Shown here: positions 24,311 to 38,528 of the stretch, in pieces
Layout of the letters: each line of letters opens with the position of its first letter
How positions within the stretch are numbered: the stretch's first letter is position 1
Assembly (NCBI RefSeq): GCF_006345805.1
Contig: NC_043016.1
Location: forward strand, 14,632,001 to 14,696,000
Length of the DNA stretch: 64,000 nt
Source of the DNA: Octopus sinensis
Taxonomy: Eukaryota
Direction: 5' to 3'
Notes under the pieces: model-generated
Database searches by the model: none
Told to the model about the DNA's origin: nothing
What the model saw: only the letters and a program-made list of their open reading frames with translations
Position numbers and translations under genes: made by a program

Positions 24311-27300
24311 ATTAATAGTAATTTTTATTAACTTTTATAGCTTTAGAATTTTATGAACTGAACCATGGTTTTAATTATTATTTTTCATCTCCCTATGTGT
24401 TAGTTTTTTTTTAAAAAAAAACTATTAGCCAAATATGTATAATATCGGTACTTATTAATATTAATATATACACTGATATATATTTTGTTTTATTTTGTTC
24501 TGTTTACCTTCCTTTATTGTACCAATGAGTATTATATTATATAAGTGTAGCATTATGATGTATAAGTTTTTATATTTTACATTTTTATATTTTTATATTT
24601 ATATGTATATGGTTATATAATATTTTTCACAATTATACAAATTTAATTTAATTCTCTGAAGAGGCCGTGGGGCATCCTTGTTAATGCCTCATTTATACCT
24701 GCCTTTATGGCTTATAGGTTAAATGAGGTATGACTGCCCTCACTGCCGAAACAGCTGTCAGTTTTGATTTAATTGCATATTATATTTGAAATTTTTTACT
24801 TATCTCTTTATCTTTTTACTATTACTGTATATCTCATTTTGTATAATGCCTTTACTCATATGTAATGGTGTATTAAAGTATTGATTGGGTATCATCGGAT
24901 AGTTGATGTTTTATTGATTTAAGTATGTTTCTCCATTCTCTAATTTTGTAGTATTAATTTACGGTAATATTATTACCTTTACCCATATAATACAATAGAT
25001 GAACTGATTGTTTGACAATTTTTAAACATCTATGTATTAATCTTGTTGGGTACCTATCTGGCAGTATACTGGATATATATTATCCCATGGTGGGTTGAAT
25101 TTTCAACCCCTATCTCATTTTATAACCTATATATATATATATATATACGCACACACATGCATACACACACATATTCACACACTTATACATCTGTATGTTT
25201 ATTTGCTTATTTTGTTACCCTTTCTTGTGTTCTTAGGTAATTGTCCAGCGCTCACTTGCAGCCAAAAATATGACTCATTCCAAAGGTGGTGCCATATTAG
25301 CTGGATACCTTAAATTTCTTCCTTTGTGGCTAATTGTCTTTCCAGGAATGATTGCAAGGATTCTCTTTCCAAGTAAGCTATTCCTTGTCACAGTGCTTTT
25401 TCATCATCATCATCAGCATCGTCGTCATCATCATCATCATCATCATTATTGTCGTCGTCGTTGTCATCATCATCATCATCATCATGGCATAAGTTGGATG
25501 GTTTGACAGGAGCTGGCTGGGCAGAAAACTGCACCAGGCTTCAGTGTCTGTTTTAGCATGGTTTTTACAGCTGGATGACCTTCCAAATGCCAACCACTTC
25601 ACAGTGAGGACCAAATGCTTTTTACATGGCACCAACACTGGCAAATAATTTGTAAGACACCAAGTAACTTGCAAGATAAGTAATTTTTGAGAGGGGAGGG
25701 GGCATTAAATGAGGGTGATCTTGTGTCAGATGATGAAAGGTTATAGTGAGAGTGAGAGAGACAAAAACAGGTGCCTTGCTGTAGAGGAGGTACAAGGTTA
25801 CCCAGCAAGAGAGAGAGAGAGAGAGAGAATGTGAGGGTGATCAAGAATGAGGACAGAAACAGGTGTGCTATTGTAGAGGAAATACATGGTTACCCAGTCA
25901 GAGGGAGAGAGAGAGAGAGGAAAAGAGTGAAAGTGCAAGAGAGAGGAGGAGGAGAGAGCAGAGGAGCATTTAATGTCTATGTTTCCCACAGGCATGGGTT
26001 GGACAATTTGATAGGATCTATTTGAAATTTTCTTTTATGTGGGGATTTGATTTTGTCATGGTAGCTTAGTACTCTTCTGAAAAATTCCAAGAAATCAAAA
26101 GTCACTCCTGTACTCATTCATATATTCCTCTGGAAGATCTGTAGAGCTCAACAAGGACGGTCTGCAAACCCTGGTGGAACAAAATCCCGTTCTAAATGTT
26201 GAGGAACTATCAGAGAAGCTTGGATTTGCTCATTCAACCATTCATCGACACCTGCATGCCCCTGGAAGAGTCAGCAAATTGGGTTAATAGGTTCCGTACA
26301 AACTTTCCGTGTCTAATCACGTGCAGAGAGTGAATGCGTGCTTTTCTTTGCTGTCATATTTCGCAAATGAACCTTTTTTGTACCGAATAGTGACTGGTGA
26401 CAGAAAATGGGTTCTTTCTAAAAATCTCAAGTGCCAAAGACAGTGGGTAGGGAACAGAGAAACACTGAAACCTCAGGATAAAGAAAGTTTTCACCCACGT
26501 AAAGTGTTGTTATCTGTTTGGTGGAATATAAAGGTTTAGTCTACTTTGAACTTTTAAACTCAAACCAAACAATAAAAAAGGAGATTTACTGTGAACAGCT
26601 TAAAGAAAAATGACCATCTGTGGTTTCAAGAGTAAAAGGTGTTCTTCCATCAGGATAATGCTCAGCCACATACAGCGAGGATGACATTTTAAAGGCTGGA
26701 GCAGTTTCAGAGGGAAATAATACCCCACCCACCATATTTGCTGAACACGCCCCATCTGATTATCATTTATTCTGCAGTCTTCAAAGTCATTTGGACAGAA
26801 AGAATAAGAATTCTGTAGATGAGGTCAAAACAGTACTGGTGAAGTATTTTTTACCACAGACAAGTGGATTTTGCAAGTCTACAAGATTGTAGAAAATGAA
26901 GGAGTGTATATTTTAGATTAAAAAAGAAGTTTGTTTATCTTAATTTTGAAAAATAAAAGAAGTATAAAAAAAAAACGCATTATTTATGGGATGACCCAAT
27001 ATGTATGTGCACACACACATATATATATGGTTCAAATTTACAGGGAACAAAAGATGAAGACAGGTGTAGGAACAACAAGCAGATGCATTAGTTTAATGCT
27101 TAGGGAAAATGGAGAAGTCTTTTACGTTTCGAGCCTACACTCTTCGACAAAGGATTAAGAGGAAAAAATGGAGAGAGATAAAATATGCATAGTTCAATGG
27201 TCCAACATGTATATATATATATGCCATTATTCACAGAAAAGCATCCTACATATTTTGGGATGGTGGGTGATTGATAAAATAATTGCTACATTATTTACAT

Positions 27301-27566
27301 TATTTATATTTGATGGATATTTCTCCTCATCTTGTTTGTTGTTAACACAACGTTTCAACTGATATACCCTCCAGCCTGCATCAGGTGTCTTGGAGAAATT
27401 TCGAACGTGGGTTCACATTCCTGAGGTATTTTTCGATGTTTTTGTTGTTGCTATTATTATTATTATTATTATTCAGGTCACTGCCTGGAATCGAACTTGG
27501 AATCTTGGTGTTAGTAGCCCATGCTCTTAACCACTACGCCATATGCTTGTGGGCATATGATCTGAA

Positions 27567-27607
<41 letters not shown>

Positions 27608-28082
27608 GCAACAACAACAACATTGAAAAATACCTTAGGAATGAGAACCCAGGTGCAATATTTCCCCAAGATACTTGATGAAGGCTGGAGGGTATATCAA
27701 CCAAAATGTTGTGGACAATTATCCGTCAATTGTAAATAATGTAAATAATTCTTCATCTCTTAAATATAGAACTGCATTAAAATAATTGCTGTTCTCTGAA
27801 TTCAAATCATGCCAAAGTGAACTTTGCCTTTCATACTTCCAGAGTAAATAAAAACACCAGTGTAGTACTGGAGTTGATTTAATTGGCTAAGGCTTCACTT
27901 CAAAATTTTCTGAGCTTGTTCTTACATTAGAAACAATCGTCATCATCACCATCACCACCACCATCATCGTCATCATCATCGTCATCACCACCACCACCAC
28001 CACCATCATCATTGTCACCACCACCACCATCACCACCACCATCACCACCACCATCATCATCATCATCATCGTCATCACCACC

Positions 28083-28129
<47 letters not shown>

Positions 28130-28133
28130 TGTC

Positions 28134-28165
<32 letters not shown>

Positions 28166-28229
28166 TGTCACCACCACCACCACCACCATCACCACCACCA
28201 TCATCATCATCATCATCGTCATCACCACC

Positions 28230-28263
<34 letters not shown>

Positions 28264-28268
28264 TTGTC

Positions 28269-28302
<34 letters not shown>

Positions 28303-28331
28303 TCATTGTCACCACCACCACCACCACCACC

Positions 28332-28364
<33 letters not shown>

Positions 28365-28420
28365 GTCATCACCACCACCACCACCACACCATCATCATCA
28401 TCATCATCATCATCATTGTC

Positions 28421-28452
<32 letters not shown>

Positions 28453-28456
28453 TGTC

Positions 28457-28490
<34 letters not shown>

Positions 28491-28558
28491 TCATTGTCAC
28501 CACCACCACCACCACCATCACCACCACCATCATCATCATCATCATCGTCATCACCACC

Positions 28559-28592
<34 letters not shown>

Positions 28593-28654
28593 TTGTCACC
28601 ACCACCACCACCATCATCGATATCATCATCGTCGTCGTCGTCATCATCATCATT

Positions 28655-28687
<33 letters not shown>

Positions 28688-29192
28688 GTTATCATCATCA
28701 TCATCATCATCATCATCATTATTGTCACCACCACCACCACCACAACCATCACCATCATCATCATCATCATGTGGAACAATTCCAGTATTTAGAAACTAAT
28801 AATGAAAAACAAGCAGCAACAATGCTGCAAATAAATTCTGAATTCCATCCAGACTCTGACAAACGGTTCTCTTTCTTCTTGTTTTATCCAAATCAAACAG
28901 ATGAGGTGGCCTGTGTGGACCCAGACGAATGTGAGCAAATCTGTAACAGCAGGACTGGTTGCACCAACATTGCATATCCAAAGTTAGTGTTGAAAATAAT
29001 GCCGAACGGACTGAAAGGTCTTATGTTAGCTGTGATGATGTCTGCTCTCATCTCTTCCCTTACATCCATATTCAATAGCAGTAGCACAATCTTTACCATG
29101 GACATATGGAAACAAATCCGACCAAAAGCTTCTGATAGAGAACTTATGATTGTTGGAAGGTAATTTCAAATGCACTTTTTATATCATCATCT

Positions 29193-29229
<37 letters not shown>

Positions 29230-29499
29230 CCATTGCCATCACCATCATCATCATCATCATCGTCATCGTCATTATTATCATTATTTAAGGCGGTGAGCTG
29301 GCAGAGTTGTTAGCACACTGAGCAAATTGCTTAGCAGTATTTCGTCTGTCTTTATGTTCTGAGTTCAAATTCTACCAAGGTCAGCTTTGCCTTTCATCCT
29401 TTCAGGTCAATAAATTAAGTCCAAGTGAAACACTGAGTTCAATTCAATCAACCAAGCCCGTCCCCCACAATTTCAGGTTTTGTACCTATTGTAGAAAGG

Positions 29500-29546
<47 letters not shown>

Positions 29547-29800
29547 TATCATCATTATTATTATTATTGTTATTGTTATTATTATTATTATTGAGTGAGA
29601 GAGCAGTTCATGCCATCAAAGTGACACTGGGGTAAAATATAGGAAGCCCAGTATACCCATCATGACTACCCATCTGATAAGGGTACACAAGGCACATGCA
29701 TCACAACCATATGTGCGCGACATGGTGATCTCATATCAAGATAAACAGCACATGACCTTGCAGGTGGGGCCCAGTTAGAATTTTCTTCAGGTCGAGTAGC

Positions 29801-29832
<32 letters not shown>

Positions 29833-29836
29833 GTTA

Positions 29837-29912
<76 letters not shown>

Positions 29913-32397
29913 ACACAACAAGAGAGGTGTGATGTGATTTGTAATAGAGATCGGCTCTGGTTATTGAATTCAACAATATTTCCACAATAAACAGAGTAAA
30001 TCATGCTCTGCATATTCTGCATTTACCTTCACAAAGCATCAATGCTGTCACTGTTGTCATTGTCATCATCATCGTAGCAGCAGCAGCAGTAGTAGGAGGA
30101 GGAGGAGCGGGGGAGAGGGAGAGGAACAGCAGCAGTAGTGATTCAGCTATAAGAACAAGGCAATCAGCATAGAAGAGCTCCTTGGGGCAGCCCAACTTAA
30201 ATTCCTCGGTTACTGCTTGCATGACTATGATGAACAAGAGGGGGCTGAGAACTGCTCCTTGGTGAGTCTCTACTTGTACCCTGAATTCATTGCTATACTT
30301 GTTGCCAATCCTCACCTTACTGACAGTATCCCTCTACATGGCTTGTATGGTTCTTACCAACCACTCATCTATCCCTAGTTTCTGCATTGACCTCCAGATA
30401 AGGGATCAGTGGACCCTGTCAAACATTTTCTCCATGTCAACAAAAGCCAAGTACAGAGGTTTGTCTTTGGCTGGGTATTTCTCCCTGGCACAAAACCAAA
30501 CTGCCTCTCATCTAGACTAACTCTCTCCCTAATTAATTGGGCTATGACCCTCTCCATAGCCTTCATCACCTGAACCAACAATTTGATACCACTGTAATCA
30601 TTTCTGTCTAAGGTGTCACCTTTACCTTTGCAGCAGTTGACTATGGTGCTGCTACACCAGTTGTGTACAACCTGATTAACTATATGGGTAACTAGAACAT
30701 AACCCACACTGTGAGATGTTTTAAGCATCTCTGCAGTGATTCCTGATGGACCGGGGCAACTTTCCCAGTCTTCATATCCTTCATGGCTGTATCTACCATG
30801 TTACTGTCCATTTGGATTGCTTGTCCCTCAGTCAGATCCACCGTAGGCAGACTCCCTTCTCCCATGCGTTCTCTACATTTAGTAGCCTTTCATAGTGACA
30901 CTTCCAAGCCTCTTTCTTTGCAGAGTCAATAACTGCAACTGAGCCATCATCCATGCAAACATACTTCTCTTCCACATTGTGATTTTCCCTGGCACACTGT
31001 CTTGCAAATGGAAACACTTCAAGCCTCTAGTCCTCATGCTGCAGAACATTGGCAAATTTCTTCCTTTCTGCTTCACTCCTGACTAAGTATGCCTGCTTCC
31101 TAGCTTCCCTTCGAGCTGCCTGATGTAGCAATAACAGACCCGAAATACCTGTTACGTGGTAGCTGGACTTGCAAGAAATAGCAGCCAAATTTTTCTTTTC
31201 TGGGGAAAGGAGCCGTTTAAGCATGATTTTGACGTCACATTTGTTGAAAGCATACGAAAATAACCTGGAAAAGAAAAAATAACTCACAAAAAATCTCTGT
31301 TGCTGGGAAACCAAGACTTTCCTGGTGACCCAATGGGTCATGGGTAGTCTAGCACTAAACTAAAATTGCCTTTAGTGTAATTATGTGTAAAGACACACAC
31401 ACACACATAAGTATAGAAATAATAATGCAAGACTCTAACAGATGGCTTTTATTTTCAAATAATTATACACACAAGCATACATGCGTATACTTATTTATAT
31501 TTCATTGATAATCCTTACCATCAAATATAAAAGGTATGGATGTCTATCTAATGTAGCATCTTTTTTTTAGTTCCTTTCGTGTATACATACATGAAAGATC
31601 ACACACACATAGATATAATCATAATAATACAAGACTATAACGGTTGAATTTTATTTTAAAATAATTATATGCACACACATATACAAACTGATTTGGTCTG
31701 ATAAGCTTTTTACAAACATTCATACACACACGCTCATACACATAAATTAACATACGCAATAGACATCCACATTTATAATGGTTTTATTTTCTATTTTTTA
31801 ATTCTTATTTTACCCACATATATTTCTTAGTTTTTATTTTATTTTAATTTTATTTATATTTCATTTCATTTATTTTAGTATTTTTATTTTTATTATTTTT
31901 TGATTTTTACTTTTGTCTGTGTATCTTTATCTTTGAATATTCATTATTATTATTATTTATCATTTACTTTTTATTTTTATATTTTATATTTTTTATATAT
32001 CTTATTATATTGAGATAAAATTATTTACACATAGACACACACACACACACACACACAAATTGAGCGTATTTTCATCTACTTAGTCTGTTGGAGAATCTCA
32101 GTTGATCAACATGTAGTTTCCTTAATGTCCATTGGCCCTGAAGATATCTTACTCTAAATATTCAAAATGCAAACTTACTTTATTCTATAGGTTTGAAATT
32201 TGTATTGGGTGTAAATTGAAACAATTGTAGGCCTTATTAGAAACGTTAATAAATTACTTCATATCTGTTAAATATCTCCATTTTCTTAATTATTAAACCA
32301 TAACATTTCGAGCAACGCTCTTCTTCAGAAACAGAAGAAAATTCAATAGAAAAGAAGATGGGGGAAGAAAATCACAATACATACATACATACATACA

Positions 32398-32429
<32 letters not shown>

Positions 32430-32581
32430 CATACATACATACATACATAAATACATACATACATAAATACATACATAAATACATACATACATACATAAAT
32501 ACATACATACATACATACATACATATACATACATACATACATACATAAATACATACATACATACATAAATACATACATACA

Positions 32582-32613
<32 letters not shown>

Positions 32614-32699
32614 CATACATACATACATACATTCATACATACATACATATACATACATACATACATACATACATACATACAAACATACATACACATACA

Positions 32700-32731
<32 letters not shown>

Positions 32732-32957
32732 CATACATACATACATATACATACATACATACATACATACATACATACATACATACATACATACATACAT
32801 ACATACATACATGCATAAATACATACATACATACATACACACATACATACATACATGCATAAATACATACATACATACATACACACATACATACATTCAT
32901 ACACACATACATACATTCATACACACATACATACATACATTCATACATACATACATT

Positions 32958-32991
<34 letters not shown>

Positions 32992-33148
32992 TATATATAT
33001 TACAGAGATGTACTCACATAGCAAGTAATTTGATCTGAGATCGTGTGCTGAAACGAAACAATTGCAGCGTGGAAGGTGTTTATAAGCCATTTAAGAAACA
33101 CCTTCCACGCTGCAATTGTTATATATATATACACACACACACATACAT

Positions 33149-33180
<32 letters not shown>

Positions 33181-33518
33181 GAAGGTGCATGGCTCAGTGG
33201 TTAGAGCGTCGAGCTTACGATCGTGAGGTTGTGAGCTCGAATCCCGGACCGGGCTGCGTGTTGTGTTCTTGAGCAAGGCACTTTATTTCACGTTGCTCCA
33301 GTTCACTCAGCTGTAGAAATGAGTTGCGACATCACTGGTGCCAAGCTGTATCGGCACCTTTGCCTTTCCTTTGGATAACACTGGTGGCATGGAAAAGGGA
33401 GGCTGGTATGCATGGGTGACTGCTGGTCTTCCATAAACAACCTCACCCGGACTTGTGTCTAGGAGGGTAACTTTCTAGGTGCAATCCCATGGTCTGTGTC
33501 GTGACCGAAGGGGGTCTC

Positions 33519-33563
<45 letters not shown>

Positions 33564-35939
33564 TACAATAGACTTCCTTTAGTTTCTATCTATCAAAATC
33601 CACTTACAAGGGCTTTGATTGGTCTGAGATTATAGTAGAAGGCACACTTGCCCAATGTGCCATGCAGTGGAACTCAACCTGGAGCCATATAGTTGGGATA
33701 CAAACTTCTTACCACGCAGCTATGCCAGTGTCCTGCTTTCACTTGCTTAGCTATAATTGTACCATTGTATCCAGCATCTAAACCAGTTACTCACTAAAAC
33801 TACATTTAAAACAAATAAGAGACCCATGACAACAGTCAACAGAATTACATTCTGCATCTCAGGAATCATTTGGCTAATAACTATTTTGTCACAACACCTT
33901 AATTTCTTGTGCAACATGAGACAGGAGGTAATTATTTACCTCCTGTTTTGAAACAGGAAGTAATTACTCTTTTACTCTTTTACTTGTTTCAGTCATTTGA
34001 CTGCGGCCATGCTGGAGCACCGCCTTTAGTCAAGCAAATCGACCCCGGTACTTATTCTTTGTAAGCCCAGTACTTATTCTTTGTAAGCCCAGTACTTATT
34101 CTATCGGTCTCTTTTGCCGAACTGCTAAGTGACGGGGACGTAAACACACCAGCATCGGTTGTCAAGCAATGCTAGGGGGACAAACACAGACACACAAACA
34201 CACACACATACATATATATATACATATATACGACAGGCTTCTTTCGGTTTCCGTCTACCAAATCCACTCACAAGGCATTGGTCGGCCCGGGGCTATAGCA
34301 GAAGACACTTGCCCAAGATGTCACGCAGTGGGACTGAACCCGGAACCATGTTGTTGGTTAGCAAGCTACTTACCACACAGCCACTCCAGCGCCTATTGAA
34401 CAAAATTATTGAACAAAAAAAAATCAATGGAAATCATATAAGTTATGGTCATTTAATTGCATTTATTTTAATTAGGTTTCTTTATCTTCATTTTTTTTTC
34501 CTCGTTTGTCATTTCTCTGCAGAGTTGCTGTACTTTGCCTGGCAGCCGTAAGTATAGTTTGGATCCCAATTGTACAGAATGTTCCCCAGATGTTCAACTA
34601 TATCCAGTCAGTAACCAGCTATTTAGCTCCTCCAGTGTGTGCCATATTTGTCTTAGGAGTGTTCTGGCAACGAACAAATGAATTGGTAAGATAAAATTTT
34701 GTTTCAGACATTACATTACAGACTAGTATAGTTATAAAAATCAGGCTTTTATTTCTGTCCTCACTCATCACTCACTATATTCACCCCTGCATCCATTTTT
34801 TATTGTTATTCTTTCCTTATGCTCTATGAAAGCATCCAACCTCCCCACCCATGACCCACTCTCCTTAACCCTTCTTGTACCTGAAGAGTTTCCTCTGGCA
34901 CTCCATCACTACTTTCTTTTTATCTCTTTCTAAACTACTCCCAGCCACATCTATAAATAATAAAAAAAAAGAGGTTAGCCCTGTATCACCTCTACAACAA
35001 AACACCTACACTAGTCCCTCGGTCTTACTTTTTTAGCCTTTCAATATTTGGCATAAAGCCACCTTCCTATCTCTAAAATACTCCCCCATTTAGTAATGGG
35101 ATCTTTTTCCTTTTCCTTTCTCCCTGTTCTTTTCTGTCTTGCATGCTATGTGGCGATGATTCTAGTGCTGGTGGCACAACTGTAAAACACCTGGTATTAG
35201 GAAGGCCTGCAGGCATAAAATCCATACCAAAACTGACATTGGAGCTTGACGTGACCTTGTGGATCACCTGATTATGCCAAACTGTCTGCTCCATGCCAGC
35301 ATGGAACATTGAATGATGATGGTGACAATGATGGCCTTCTCACTCACACACATAGACATGCACTCACACATATGCATACATGTATATAACTTTTGTATTT
35401 ATTTTCACCTGCTGACATCATGTAAATATCTGTATGTCTAAGTATAAATACCTGCACATGAGTGATGGGTAATGTGAGTTCAAATATGCACCCACGTGTG
35501 TATACACACAGTTCTCATCATCATATATACCTGCATCCAGATCAAGATAAGAGAGAGAGAGTGAGGGGGAGAGAGAGAAAGAGAGAAAGAGAGAAATGCT
35601 ATCTGGTCCATCTTAGAGAGTAGTGCTTCTGCTCACTTCTATTCAGATATGTCACATCAGAAGAAAGCTTTTCTGTCTTCATGGGTCAAGTTGGATGAAG
35701 AGGTGGTATGGCACTCGTGCAACTCAGTGACCACTCGCTTGTGGGTTACGATCCAGTCATTTTGAAATGTAATTACTTGAAAGGATTGACAATTTACATT
35801 AGAATGTGTGTGTCAAATTTCATTATCCTACGCTCAAAATGTTAAAGACTTTTTCTATTCCTGAACATTATACTAATACATCTGTTTGTTGTCTACACCA
35901 CCTGTCTTTGTCTTTTGTTTTTCTTTTTTTGTGAATTCT

Positions 35940-35978
<39 letters not shown>

Positions 35979-38493
35979 CTTTCAGGCCGTAAGATCATGT
36001 TTCCATGCGCTCGCCAGTACCTCTTCCGTCCCAGCCTGAACAAAGGCCTTTCATTTGTTTTTTTCGTTTGTTTTCTTGTTTATTTTGATTTCTCGTATTG
36101 TATTTTATTTCTCGTTTCGTCCCGTTTGTGTTACATTTTTTCGTTGCATGTTTTACCCCTCTGCGAGGTTATTTTATTTTAATTCTCTCGCAGGAAGGCC
36201 TAGTATTGACGAGTTGTGTCCTGTCTTGCCTTTGAAACATGCTAAGTCTACTAGTGACAGCTGATGAAGGGGATTTTTCCTTGTGTAGCTTGTCCAGTAC
36301 CTTGTTTTTCTGTTGTAAATAATGTTTTTCCCATTTTCGTTCTCGTCCTGTTCCACGTCTCTGTCTTTCTGTTGTAACAAAATGGCTTTTCCGTTTTCTT
36401 TTCTGGTGAGTTCTACGTCTTTTTGTGGTGTCCTGTACGTATATATATTTATATATGCATGTATATATACATGTAGATGTTGGTATGTACATATATGTTT
36501 GTATGTATGCATATATTTTATTTATTACACTATATATATATATATTTATATATATATATATATATCATCATCATCATCATCACTTTGATTTAAACGTTCA
36601 TTTACCATGTTGTCATTTGGATGGTTCAACAAGAGCTGACAAGCCAGAAGGCTGCACCAAGCTCCAATGTCTGCTTGGTATGTTTTCAATGGCTGGGTGC
36701 TCTACCTAATGCCAACCACTTTACACTTGGAACTGAGATAAAAGTAGAGGTGAATGTAGTGAAGAATGAACAAATGGTGAAGGTGTAGACGACAGTGAAT
36801 ATTATTAGTACTGGGCGGGGGGCTAGTGAAAGACATGAGTGGCTCAGGAAGGAGGATGTGGTAAGTGAGAGTAAAGGAAGGGAGGAGAGTAGCAGTATAA
36901 TAAACTTATGGATAGATTAGAAAATAGTAAGATAATATGTGGGATGGGAGAGAGAGAGAGAGAGAGAGATGTACAGTGATAGAGATGGAAGTCAGATGTA
37001 TGTAGGGGTGGCTGTATCGTAGGAGAGACAAAGATGCTGGTGGGGATGGAGGGTGTTGGGGTGTCACCAGCAGATATGATAGCAGTGATGAGAAAGGTGT
37101 GGCAGTCCCTGGAGGTACAAAATGGTGGGGTGGTGATTGTGGAAAAATAAAGTGACATTGAGAATGAGGGATGGATTTTAAATGAAAGAGGTTGCCAGCT
37201 CTTGTCAAACCATCCAACCCATGCAAGCATGGACAACAGACATTAAGTGACAACAATAGCAATGATGATGATGTTGTTGATGGTGGCAGTGATGGCGGCG
37301 GCGGTGGTGGTGATAATGATGACGATGATGATGATGACAGTCTGGAGTATTTCTACTTTGCATGAAATTTAATTATTTTCAGGGTGCCTTTGTTGGACTG
37401 ATGTCTGGATTGTTTATTGGTCTATTGCGATTTATTTGGGAATTTTCTTATACTAATGTACCATGTGGAGAAGTAGGATCACGTCCATCCATTATTACAG
37501 ATGTCCATTATTTACATTTTGGCCTAATCCTTTTTGGCATTGTAACATTTATAACAGTTTGTGTTAGTCTTATTTCAAAACCAATACCAAAACATCAAGT
37601 AAGTAAATCCCATTTTTTTCCCCCCTGTTCTTTTTAATTTCAGCATATTTTTCCATGTGGATAAAATGCTGGATTGTTCAAGAAATTCTGAAATTTCTTG
37701 AAAAATTATGACCATTGCTAAAAATGACTTCTGCATCAACCATGTTAAAATTTTGTGCTTCCTATTTAAGTCAAGGCAAAAAGTAATCAAGGGCGTGCAT
37801 CAAAGTGTCAGTTTCAGCCTGAAATAAATGCCAGTTCACCATAAATGATAATGGGTATTCTGCATTCCTGTCTTTCACAGGAATTACATCTGAGCAACCT
37901 CAGACATACTCTGTCACAGTGGTTCTAAACTTTCTTGACATGATGAACTTGCAGTTTAACATAGCCAGAAATGACAAACTAAGATATTCCATAAGTTAGT
38001 GATGCAACACCGATGACGCCTCCTAAGAAAGATCCCAAAGACATCATGCTATTTTGTTTTTTGTGAATGCAACATGTCTTTGTAAAATCCTAGGTGAAGC
38101 AATTGATCTGGTTCATAATATACATTTCTTATCTGGAATCATTCTAGGACAACATTATCTGTTGTTGAGAGCTTTACATAAATTTCAGTGATATCATCAA
38201 GGCTGAAATTCTGTAAGTAGATAAATAATTCAAGCACACTAAGTACCATTGAGAACAATATAAGTTCATTTGTTGGGTAACCGAAACTATCAGGCATAAG
38301 TTCTCTGTTTGTAAAACAAAGGTTATGTATGAATTAAAGACAGAACATTGCGTCAATGTATTCATGCATTGAGTATAGCTATACATACATACACACATAT
38401 ACATATAGGCACATACAAACACTTGTACATACATATATACGTACGTACATACATGCATACATACATATATATGTATATACATATATATGTACA

Positions 38494-38528
<35 letters not shown>

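Noticed and set aside
28012-29163. 383-aa ORF (poly-S/P/H then transporter sequence)
   Set aside because: The N-terminal part is a CAC/CAT microsatellite. Only 28901-29159 is a real exon, with a canonical acceptor.
32293-33038. 200+ aa MYVC/HTYI ORFs, and similar ORFs at 5016-5555, 16265-16714, 17822-18268, 36169-36709, 38174-38667 and 45095-45647
   Set aside because: These are translations of TACA/TA/TG/TTC microsatellites with no coding signal.
36255-36300. CTGATGA-AGGGG...CCTT in a Penelope-like fragment
   Set aside because: No GAAA or stem III follows in this copy, so it is not called a ribozyme.
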